From: an uncultured Clostridia bacterium
Lineage (GTDB): Bacteria > Bacillota > Clostridia > Oscillospirales > Acutalibacteraceae
Assembly: GCA_945980035.1 (NCBI GenBank)
Contig: CAMFQG010000001.1
Coordinates: forward strand, 1-48,636
Reading direction: 5' to 3'
Length of the DNA: 48,636 nucleotides
Position 1 is the stretch's first letter. Each line of letters opens with the position of its first letter. Below the pieces are notes generated by a model. It made no database searches. It saw nothing but the letters and a program-made list of their open reading frames with translations, and was not told the DNA's origin. Positions 1-7,757 of this stretch are shown piece by piece. Made by a program: the position numbers and the translations under genes.

Positions 1-93
1 CCTATGTGCTGACACTAAAGACTTACCTATGTGCTGACTTTTCATCTGCTCGACCGCAATTTTCCATTTTCAATTTTCAATTTTCCATTAGTA
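1..93 (-). repeat. Dispersed repeat family A, copy truncated by the window edge (heptamer array + GTCGAGCAGAT core + 25-bp tandem unit)
   Basis: CCTATGTGCTGAC recurs at 1-13 and 26-38 (period 25), followed by TTTTC(C/A)A heptamers at about 57-89. Positions 1-54 are the exact reverse complement of 48582-48635. Confidence 0.9.
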
Positions 94-100
94 AGTCGGC

Positions 101-922
101 TTACACAACCTTAACCTTGAGCTTTAAGGTTTTTACACCGTTAACTCTGACTTTGAGCGTTGTTGTACCCTTTTCCACACCGCAGATTTTCAGCATATCG
201 GCAGAGGTGCTTGAGGTGATTTTTGCGCAATTTGTATTTGCGTAAATGTTGTCAATTTTCTTTGCCTTGCCGGTGATTGCAATCTTTTTACAACCGCCCT
301 TTTTAACCTGAATACTCTTAACCGCTTTCTCATTTTCAGTTAGTTTTGGGGAGGAAGTAACCCATAGCTTACAGGTATATTTTTGACCTAATGTATCTTT
401 TACGATGATTTTTGCAGTACCTTTTCTTAATGCGGTGACTTTTCCGTTTTTCACAGTGGCAACCTTTTCGTCTGTAGATTTCCACCACTTTGCAGTTCCG
501 TCAATACAGGTAAGTTTTATTCTCTCTGTTTCACCTGCTTTCAGCACTACATTATGCTTGTCTATATAGTACTCCGGAATTACAGTAATACCGTTAGGTC
601 CGGCTGACTCTATGTCCTCATACTTATTAAGTATTTTACATACAGCAAGTACATTCTCAAAATCATACTTATCTAAAGTCATAACATAAATAGCATACTT
701 CGGTCCTGTTGCTATGGTTTCTATTTTCTTAATGCCTATATCAGAATCCTTGAAATATTCCTTGTTTATTTCAATCTCACCCTTATTTAGTTTTTGGGTT
801 GCTTCTTGTGTTAACGAAAAAAGAACCGTCTTTCCGTCAAAATTATACGCCTTTGCAGAAACGCAAATTGATGAAGATATTAACAAAAATGCTGTCAAAA
901 TAATTGCTGTGATTTTTTTCAT
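101..922 (-). CDS. Secreted Ig-like (Big_2) domain protein with an N-terminal subtilase-propeptide-like region
   Basis: AAGGAGG RBS precedes ATG at 922 (ORF track starts at 988). Signal peptide MKKITAII...SA; WKSTDEKVATVKNGKVTALRKG Big_2 motif; paralog of the next gene. Confidence 0.75.
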   Translation of the reverse strand: MKKITAIILTAFLLISSSICVSAKAYNFDGKTVLFSLTQEATQKLNKGEIEINKEYFKDSDIGIKKIETIATGPKYAIYVMTLDKYDFENVLAVCKILNKYEDIESAGPNGITVIPEYYIDKHNVVLKAGETERIKLTCIDGTAKWWKSTDEKVATVKNGKVTALRKGTAKIIVKDTLGQKYTCKLWVTSSPKLTENEKAVKSIQVKKGGCKKIAITGKAKKIDNIYANTNCAKITSSTSADMLKICGVEKGTTTLKVRVNGVKTLKLKVKVV

Positions 923-1101
923 AAAAATTTCCTCCTTAATTAAGCCCATATAAATTAGAATACGATACCCACACTTTGGTACCTTCATATACTACAATCT
1001 TTTTTACTGATAATATTGGACAATTATTTTAAAAAAGGATTACTTTTCTTCAAATTTCGGCGAAGTCCACAACAAAGCTTCTGTCAATTTAGGTAAATTC
1101 A

Positions 1102-1923
1102 CTACTTCACATTAACTTGCAATTTTAGATTTTTTACACCGTTAACCTTAATATTCAAAGTAGTTGTTCCCCTTTTAAGACCCCGTATAATAATTTCTTT
1201 GTTAGATTCTTTTGAGATAATTTTCGCGTAATGTGTGTTTGTATATTTATTGTCAATATTTCTGACCTTTCCTTTTATCTCCATTGACTTTTTGCTTCCT
1301 TTGAGGACTGTAATCGACTTGAGGATTTTCCTGTTTTTCGTAAGTCTTGGGGATGACTTTACATTAACCATACAATAATGTTTTCTGTTTTTTGAATCAA
1401 CGGCAGTAATCATCGCACTCCCTTTTTTCAGCGCAACTACTTTGCCGTTTTTCACTTTAGCAACTTTTTTATTAGAGGATTTCCAACTTTTTACGGTAAT
1501 TTTTTTCAATTTAATTTGGGTTGTTTTTCCTGACTTTAGATTTACATAATATTCGCTCAAGCCGGCAGCGTTAGAAAGGGTATAATAACAAGGTTCCACA
1601 CTTCTGAAATCCTCATTCTCTTTTAAAATTTCAACTACCCTAAGTACGTTTTCGTGGTCGTGCTTATCCAATATAATAGAGTAATGAGCAAAAGTTTTGC
1701 TTAAATAACCGCTATCGATTTTCTTGACGCCTATATCATAATCCTCGAAATATGCTTTGTTAATTATAAGTTCACCGTTATAAACTCTTTCGGACGCCTC
1801 TTCCGTTAAGATAATCCCTACTTTATTATCAACAAAACCGTACTTCTTAGCCGCCGATACATCAAATGTGCACATAGCAAAAATTATCATAACAGTAATA
1901 GTTATAGAACACAGTTTCTTCAT
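1102..1923 (-). CDS. Secreted Ig-like (Big_2) domain protein, paralog of 101-922
   Basis: AGGTGA RBS before ATG 1923; signal peptide; SWKSSNKKVAKVKNGKVVALKKG; shared C-terminus GTTTL.(V/I).VNGVK.LKL.V.V. Confidence 0.75.
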   Translation of the reverse strand: MKKLCSITITVMIIFAMCTFDVSAAKKYGFVDNKVGIILTEEASERVYNGELIINKAYFEDYDIGVKKIDSGYLSKTFAHYSIILDKHDHENVLRVVEILKENEDFRSVEPCYYTLSNAAGLSEYYVNLKSGKTTQIKLKKITVKSWKSSNKKVAKVKNGKVVALKKGSAMITAVDSKNRKHYCMVNVKSSPRLTKNRKILKSITVLKGSKKSMEIKGKVRNIDNKYTNTHYAKIISKESNKEIIIRGLKRGTTTLNIKVNGVKNLKLQVNVK

Positions 1924-1950
1924 TTTTGTCACCTATTAATAATCCAATTT

Positions 1951-2634
1951 TCAATTTGTTTTAACTTTCAAAGAATCACACAGAGAAAACAGAGTTTTCT
2001 CAGGCACCTTTGCCGATAAATTAAAAATGTATTTACCGTTATCCCAAATAATTATTTTTTCTCCACTGTCGTAGTTTATTATATAGTACTCCTGACCTTT
2101 ATAAATCCTTGCAGAATGGTCTGAATGTTTGTTGTCCCAATTACCGTTAAAGCTATCTTTTGTCATCTGAGAGAAAATCAAAGAGTCTTTATTATCATTG
2201 TAAATATACTCAGCACTGTTTTCGGTCACTTCTTTGCTCGTAAGCTTATACCCTTTAGGTATGTTTTTTATTTCGTACAATTCTTCTAACCGCTTAGGAT
2301 AGTTATTGTCCTCTATTTTGGCTATAAGTGTATTATGATTGGAATGTTCCGTTACAAAAAGGTTAGCGACAAAATTTCTGACAGCACTGACGCTGAGAGA
2401 CGATAACAACAAGGCTGTGATAATTGCTGCTATCAGCAATATCTTTCTTGTTCTTGTTAAGGTCAGCCTATGATAAACACTGCGTTCTGACTTAATCATC
2501 TTCTTCATTTTCTTTTCAAACGATTTAGAGGTTTTAAAATCTTCCTCATTAAAAGGCTCACTTTTCAGCTTTTCTTCGGCGTATTCGGTGTATGCTTGGG
2601 ATAAAAGATTTTGTAATTTCGTTTTATCAGTCAC
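1951..2634 (-). CDS. Putative membrane anti-sigma factor (DUF4367-like C-terminal domain)
   Basis: Cytoplasmic N-terminus (SKSFEKKMKKMI), one TM helix, then IPKGYKL...IIIWDNGKYIFNL. Overlaps the end of the ECF sigma gene. The GTG 2634 start is chosen for its AAGGTGA RBS (track start 2649). Confidence 0.65.
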   Translation of the reverse strand: MTDKTKLQNLLSQAYTEYAEEKLKSEPFNEEDFKTSKSFEKKMKKMIKSERSVYHRLTLTRTRKILLIAAIITALLLSSLSVSAVRNFVANLFVTEHSNHNTLIAKIEDNNYPKRLEELYEIKNIPKGYKLTSKEVTENSAEYIYNDNKDSLIFSQMTKDSFNGNWDNKHSDHSARIYKGQEYYIINYDSGEKIIIWDNGKYIFNLSAKVPEKTLFSLCDSLKVKTN

Positions 2635-3163
2635 TGTAATCACCTTCAACCTTTTTTAATAATAAAGCTGTACCACGTTGTATCCGCTTATATACAGTAT
2701 CCACAGGTATAGATAGGGCTGTCGCTATTTCTTTTGCATTCATTCCGTTGTAATAGTGTAACAAAAGGGGTTGGTGGTATATATCGGATAATTCATCTAT
2801 GTGTTTCTTTATGTTTTCAACTGCATCCTTATCCTCAACAATCTTGTCAAGGGAAAAACTTGATTCAACCTCACTAAAGTCAGATTGTAATATCTTATGT
2901 TCCTTATTATAAATCTTCTTTGCTTCATTCTCGGTTATTATAACTAAGTACCATTTTGTTTTGTCTGAACTGCAATCGTCAATTTTCTCAAGGTTTTTCA
3001 GCACCTTGAGAAATGCGTTGTGGACTGCGTCCTCAGCAAGAAGTCCGTTCTTAAGAATTTCATAAGCTCTGTTTAGCATTAAATTCTTATATTTGATATA
3101 TATTTCTTCAAATTTACTTTTATCCTCATCGTTTTCTATTGTCAACAGATATACATTCAGCAT
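2627..3163 (-). CDS. ECF RNA polymerase sigma-70 factor
   Basis: 178 aa; region 2 LAEDAVHNAFLK; region 4 helix-turn-helix GMNAKEIATALSIPVDTVYKRIQRG; GGAGGG RBS. Confidence 0.9.
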   Translation of the reverse strand: MLNVYLLTIENDEDKSKFEEIYIKYKNLMLNRAYEILKNGLLAEDAVHNAFLKVLKNLEKIDDCSSDKTKWYLVIITENEAKKIYNKEHKILQSDFSEVESSFSLDKIVEDKDAVENIKKHIDELSDIYHQPLLLHYYNGMNAKEIATALSIPVDTVYKRIQRGTALLLKKVEGDYSD

Positions 3164-3275
3164 ATCTCACCCTCCAAGTATTTGCCCTGATTATGTAATA
3201 ATTGAGGAAAAGCTGAATAATACGAATCTATATACTGATTATCCTAATTATAACTTTAACTCCATACATTGAATT

Positions 3276-3305
3276 AAAGGGGCTGTGAAACACAGCCCCC
3301 TTTTT
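3276..3305. terminator. Intrinsic terminator after glgB
   Basis: GGGGCTGTG-aaa-CACAGCCCC stem with flanking A/T tracts, just past the glgB stop. Confidence 0.75.
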
Positions 3306-3313
3306 CAAATTAA

Positions 3314-5737
3314 TTATTCCTTAGTTTCCTCAGCCTTAACCTCTACAGCCTTTGGCTCAACTGCTTTTACCTCTTCTGTTTTTGGCTCAATGGGCTTTAC
3401 TTCTTCTGCCTTTGCCTTGTCTGCCTTTTTTGCTGCCTTTCTCATTGGAGCAGGGGCTTTCTTTGGCTCAGCCTTTTTAGGCTCGGCTTTCTTTGCCTTT
3501 TTAGCTTTTTCGCCCTCAGGCTTTGGCATTGTGTGGTTATACTCAAAAGCGATAAAGGACAGAGGAGGAACTGTAATCTCAATGCTCTGCTTTCTGCCGT
3601 TCCAAGGAACTCTCTTTGCCTTTTGGTCAGCCTGCGGGAAGTCACCTGTACCGCCGTACTTCACATCGTCACTGTTAAAAACAGCCTTATAGTTGCCTAA
3701 ATTCGGTACGCCAACCTTGTAGTTTTCTCTTGGAACAGGAGTAAAGTTGCAGATACAAAGAACAGATTTCTTGCCGTTCTTTGACTTTCTTGCAAAGCTT
3801 ACTACAGAATTTTGATAGTCGTCACAGCTCATCCACTCAAATCCGGCAGGGTCAAAGTCCTGCTCATACATAGCCTTGTGGTCTCTGTAGAAGTGCTGTA
3901 AATCTCTGAAATATGTCTGCATATTCTTGTTGTTTATATTGTCGTCAATCAAGAACCACTGCAATCCGGCATTAGAATTCCACTCGTCATACTGAGCGAA
4001 ATCCTGGCCCATAAACAACAGCTTTTTACCCGGATGGCCGTACATAAAGCCGTAGGTTGTACGTAGGTTAGCAAACTTCTGCCAATCGTCACCCGGCATT
4101 TTATTAATCATAGAACATTTGCCATATACAACCTCGTCATGGGACAATACCTGAATGAACTTCTCTGTATAAGCATAAATCATACTGAATGTCAGCTTGC
4201 CGTGTTCATACTGACGGTAAACAGGGTCCTTCGATACGTACTCCAAAAAGTCGTTCATCCAACCCATATTCCACTTGTAGTTAAAGCCTAAGCCGTCCTC
4301 GTGAACGCTTCTTGTAACACCTGGCCAGGCTGTACTTTCCTCAGCAATAATCATTGTGCCGGGAGCATACTGCTCAACCATAGAGTTAAGGTGCTTAAAG
4401 AATTCAACTGCGTCTAAGTTTTCTCTGCCACCGTAAATATTCGGCAACCACTGGCCGTCGCTCTTGCCGTAGTCAAGGTACAGCATTGACGCAACTGCGT
4501 CAACTCTCAAGCCGTCAATGTGGAATTTATTTAGCCAGAACAAAGCACTTGCAATTAAGAAATTGCGCACTTCGTTTCTTTCGTAATTGAAGATATATGT
4601 ACCCCAATCAGGATGTTCGCCTCTGCGTGGGTCGGGATGCTCGTAAACACAAGTGCCGTCAAATCTGCCCAAGCCGTGTGAATCCTTAGGGAAGTGAGCA
4701 GGAACCCAGTCAAGCAATACGCCGATTCCCAAGCTGTGCATATGGTCAACAAAGAACATAAAGTCCTCAGGTGAGCCGAAACGTGAGGTAGGAGCAAAGT
4801 AGCCTGTAACCTGATAGCCCCAGCTACCGTCAAAAGGATGCTCCAAAATACCCATAAGCTCAACGTGAGTATAGCCCATATCCACTACATATTCGCCTAA
4901 CTCAACAGCAAGCTCTCTGTAGGTTTTAAAGCTGCCGTCGCCGTTCTGTTTCCAAGAACCTAAGTGACATTCATAAATACACATAGCCTCGCTGTCGTGG
5001 TCAGCTTTTTGACGGTTATCTATCCATTCCTTGTCTTTCCAAGTGTGCTTGTCAAGGTCAACAACGATAGACGCTGTTTCGGGACGCTGTTGCTGAGTAA
5101 AGCCGAACGGGTCGGTCTTGTCAACACAGAAGCCGTCAACGGTTTTAACCTGGAATTTATACATTTCGCCCTCGTCAATACGTGGGATAAAGATTTCGTG
5201 AATACCAACAGGACTTGTTTTGCTCATCATATGTAAAGCAGGATTCCAGCCGTTAAAATTACCGATTACGGAAACTCGCTGTGCATTTGGTGCCCAAACT
5301 GCAAAGAGCACACCGTCAACGCCGTTTACTGTCTTTTTATGTGCGCCAAGCTTTTGGTACAAATCATAGTGAGTACCCTGACCGAACAAATATCCGTCAA
5401 CCTCGCTGATTTGAATGGGGAAGCTGTTGCTGTCCTCACATTCATAGCAGTTGCCTTCCTCGTCCCAAGCACGGTAGAAGTAGTTGATTGCTCTGTCGGT
5501 ATGCACAATAGCAGCAAAAATTCCCTTTTCGTGAATAGGCACTGCTCTGTAAATTTCGCCTGTATCTTTGTTGACAAATTCAACAGAGTTACAGTGTGGC
5601 AGATAAACCGCAATTCTCAGTCCGTGCTCTGTAAAGTGTGGTCCCAAAAGACCTCTTGGCATATTGTTGTACATATATGCAACCTGAGTAAGATATTCCT
5701 CATTAAATTGTTCTCTCATTCCGTAATCAATATCCAT
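3314..5737 (-). CDS. glgB: 1,4-alpha-glucan branching enzyme (GH13) with a K/A/E/P-rich C-terminal tail
   Basis: FAVWAPNA, SWGYQVTGYFAPTSRFG, DWVPAHFP, GLRVDAVASMLY, AEEST, LSHDEVV motifs; AGAGAGGT RBS before ATG 5737. Confidence 0.95.
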   Translation of the reverse strand: MDIDYGMREQFNEEYLTQVAYMYNNMPRGLLGPHFTEHGLRIAVYLPHCNSVEFVNKDTGEIYRAVPIHEKGIFAAIVHTDRAINYFYRAWDEEGNCYECEDSNSFPIQISEVDGYLFGQGTHYDLYQKLGAHKKTVNGVDGVLFAVWAPNAQRVSVIGNFNGWNPALHMMSKTSPVGIHEIFIPRIDEGEMYKFQVKTVDGFCVDKTDPFGFTQQQRPETASIVVDLDKHTWKDKEWIDNRQKADHDSEAMCIYECHLGSWKQNGDGSFKTYRELAVELGEYVVDMGYTHVELMGILEHPFDGSWGYQVTGYFAPTSRFGSPEDFMFFVDHMHSLGIGVLLDWVPAHFPKDSHGLGRFDGTCVYEHPDPRRGEHPDWGTYIFNYERNEVRNFLIASALFWLNKFHIDGLRVDAVASMLYLDYGKSDGQWLPNIYGGRENLDAVEFFKHLNSMVEQYAPGTMIIAEESTAWPGVTRSVHEDGLGFNYKWNMGWMNDFLEYVSKDPVYRQYEHGKLTFSMIYAYTEKFIQVLSHDEVVYGKCSMINKMPGDDWQKFANLRTTYGFMYGHPGKKLLFMGQDFAQYDEWNSNAGLQWFLIDDNINNKNMQTYFRDLQHFYRDHKAMYEQDFDPAGFEWMSCDDYQNSVVSFARKSKNGKKSVLCICNFTPVPRENYKVGVPNLGNYKAVFNSDDVKYGGTGDFPQADQKAKRVPWNGRKQSIEITVPPLSFIAFEYNHTMPKPEGEKAKKAKKAEPKKAEPKKAPAPMRKAAKKADKAKAEEVKPIEPKTEEVKAVEPKAVEVKAEETKE

Positions 5738-5833
5738 TATTATAACCTCTCTTTGATAATGATTATATTTTTGTAAAATCCACAAACACCTACAAATAGT
5801 TGCACCTTGTGTATTTTACTATATTTTAATTAG

Positions 5834-5863
5834 ATTATACTTCAAATTAGTGCATTTTGTCAA
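5834..5863 (-). promoter_or_regulatory. Sigma-A-type promoter of glgB
   Basis: Minus strand TTGACA-N18-TATAAT. Confidence 0.55.
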
Positions 5864-6069
5864 CAGATTTACTAAAAATAATAGTCTGACAACCCTATAA
5901 AAATATGCAAAACATAAAAATTACATAAATTAAAAAAACAAAACTGACTTCGTCAGAAAAGCGAAATCAGTTTGTCATATAAATTTAATTATCTACACCA
6001 AATAGATTTTTTGCTTTTGGAATAACTTGGGGCACCTTTAATAGACTTAAAAATTAATCAACTGCTTTA

Positions 6070-6444
6070 TTATTCGGTTACTATGTTGAAAACTACATCC
6101 TTGCCGTTTTTTGTACCGACTCTTATTTCTTTGTCGTACTGACCGTCTGTGTAGTAGTTTTCCAAGACTGCTGCTGTTGCAGGACGCAGGGGCATTTTTC
6201 TCAGCTGTTCAATAGCAACCCATTCTCCGTATTGAGTGAAGTACTGGTCGGAAGTGTTCGCAAAATAAAAGTAAATCAGCTTGATGCCTGCTTCCGTTTG
6301 CTTTACCGCAATATACCTTAAAAATTCCCCTTTGGTATATTCCTCAATGTTAACCTCGTCTCCGTCATATGCATCGCTGTGCTTGAACAAAAGTAACTTG
6401 CCGTTTCTTTTTAAGAAAACCTTGTTTTCTTGAATAACTTCCAT
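6070..6444 (-). CDS. Hypothetical protein, possibly a degenerate Nudix fold
   Basis: GGAGG RBS; 124 aa; VFLKRNGKLLLFKH and GEWVAIEQLRKMPLRP resemble Nudix strands, but there is no Nudix box. Confidence 0.6.
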   Translation of the reverse strand: MEVIQENKVFLKRNGKLLLFKHSDAYDGDEVNIEEYTKGEFLRYIAVKQTEAGIKLIYFYFANTSDQYFTQYGEWVAIEQLRKMPLRPATAAVLENYYTDGQYDKEIRVGTKNGKDVVFNIVTE

Positions 6445-6619
6445 AATTATTTCCTCCGCAATTATTGTACCCTACCACATTATATACCTATGATAAATAA
6501 AATCAATATGTGTAACAAAATTTTAATAATACCAAATAAATCCAACCTATATAAACGGATATGTAAAATATAAAAAATTGGTGGAGAAGATAAGTTTAAA
6601 TAATCAGAATATTTTTATA

Positions 6620-6877
6620 CCCGACCGTAATTACTTTCTCTGCCAAAGGCGGAATATTAATTCGGTCGGGGCAACGTGACGTTGCATCCATTCCGAGCAG
6701 ATAGGTTCTGCTAACAAAAATCTTTTTCGCCCGACCGTATAAAAAATCTGCCAAAGGCGGACTATAAATTCGGTCGGGCAACTAAGTTAAAATCATTTAT
6801 GAATTTTCTGCACGTCAATCATTTTCAATTTTCCATTTTCCATTTTCAATTAATAATACGCGTCATTCATTTCCATT
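6620..6877 (+). repeat. Dispersed repeat family A, copy with two palindromic modules and a heptamer end
   Basis: CCCGACCG...TCTGCCaaaGGCGGA...CGGTCGGG occurs twice (6620-6670, 6729-6779). Linker GCAACGtgaCGTTGCATCCATTCCGAGCAGAT; heptamers at 6820-6852. Confidence 0.85.
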
Positions 6878-6880
6878 GTT

Positions 6881-7747
6881 TTACTCTTTCCTATAACAAC
6901 CTACGCCCAATGCACCCTCGCCGGTATGACAGGCTACTGAAAGTGACAGAGGATTTTTTACAATCTCCAAACCAGGAAATTCCTCCTCCATTCTCTTTTC
7001 AATGTCCTTTGTAATTGATTTATCACCGGTATATGCTATACCTAAGTTTACCTTTCCGTCCTTTCTCAGTCGCTTAAAAGGTCCCTCCAACTCTTTTTTG
7101 AGAGCCTCAATCATAGTGTCCTGAGCGGCTTTCATTCCTCTGACCTTTGCATAGCTGTCTAATTTTCCGCCCTTGATAAGCAAAACAGGTTTAATTCCCA
7201 ATACAGTTGCAATTCCTGCCGCTGCCGGGGTAACACGTCCGCCCTTTTTAAGGTACTTCATTGTATCTATAGCGATATATATGCTTGCGTCCTTGCCGGT
7301 GTCTTCAAGGTAATCACATATGTACTTGGCGGATTGACAGGTCTTTAGCAAAGTAAGTGCATCCAAACAAGCCTGGCGTTGAGTTACGGAAATTCGTGTT
7401 GTATCAGAAACAAACACCTTGTGTTTGTATTCTTCCTCCATAGCCAAAGCCTTTGCAGTTTGACAGGAGTTGCTTAACCCGCTGGACATAGGTATATAGA
7501 TAAGGCTGTCATAGTCCTCTAAGATTTCGTCCCACATTTGTGTAACGTCAGCAGGTGAAGGCTGTGAGGTACAAACATCACTGCCCTCCCTGAGCTTTTT
7601 ATAAAACTCCTTAGAGGATAAGTCAATATCCTCAAAATATGTTTTTTTGTCAATCTCAAAGGGCATCGGCAAAACATAGATACCCAATTTTTTAGCCTCA
7701 GACTGTGTAATTCCGCTGTTGCTGTCGGTCATTATTGCTATTTTCAT
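6881..7747 (-). CDS. DegV family fatty-acid-binding protein
   Basis: MKIAIMTDS, TSQPSP, SSGLS.S, YLKKGGR, LGIKPVL, HTGEGALG motifs. Confidence 0.93.
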   Translation of the reverse strand: MKIAIMTDSNSGITQSEAKKLGIYVLPMPFEIDKKTYFEDIDLSSKEFYKKLREGSDVCTSQPSPADVTQMWDEILEDYDSLIYIPMSSGLSNSCQTAKALAMEEEYKHKVFVSDTTRISVTQRQACLDALTLLKTCQSAKYICDYLEDTGKDASIYIAIDTMKYLKKGGRVTPAAAGIATVLGIKPVLLIKGGKLDSYAKVRGMKAAQDTMIEALKKELEGPFKRLRKDGKVNLGIAYTGDKSITKDIEKRMEEEFPGLEIVKNPLSLSVACHTGEGALGVGCYRKE

Positions 7748-7757
7748 AGTGCACCTC

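Noticed and set aside
1-54. CRISPR array at the window ends
   Set aside because: The repeated part is only 13-14 bp at period 25, the intervening sequence is identical at both ends, and no cas genes are present.
6-245. 79-aa ORF containing FSIFNFQFSI
   Set aside because: It is a translation of the heptamer repeat and lies antisense to a real gene; no RBS.
3285-3692. 135-aa hydrophobic ORF opposite the glgB tail
   Set aside because: Antisense shadow of the Lys/Ala-rich repeats. The other short ORFs nested in long genes were rejected likewise.
6596-7014. Small ORFs 6596-6781 (-) and 6799-7014 (+) with internal peptide repeats
   Set aside because: They are read-throughs of the repeat element; the peptide repeats simply mirror the DNA modules.
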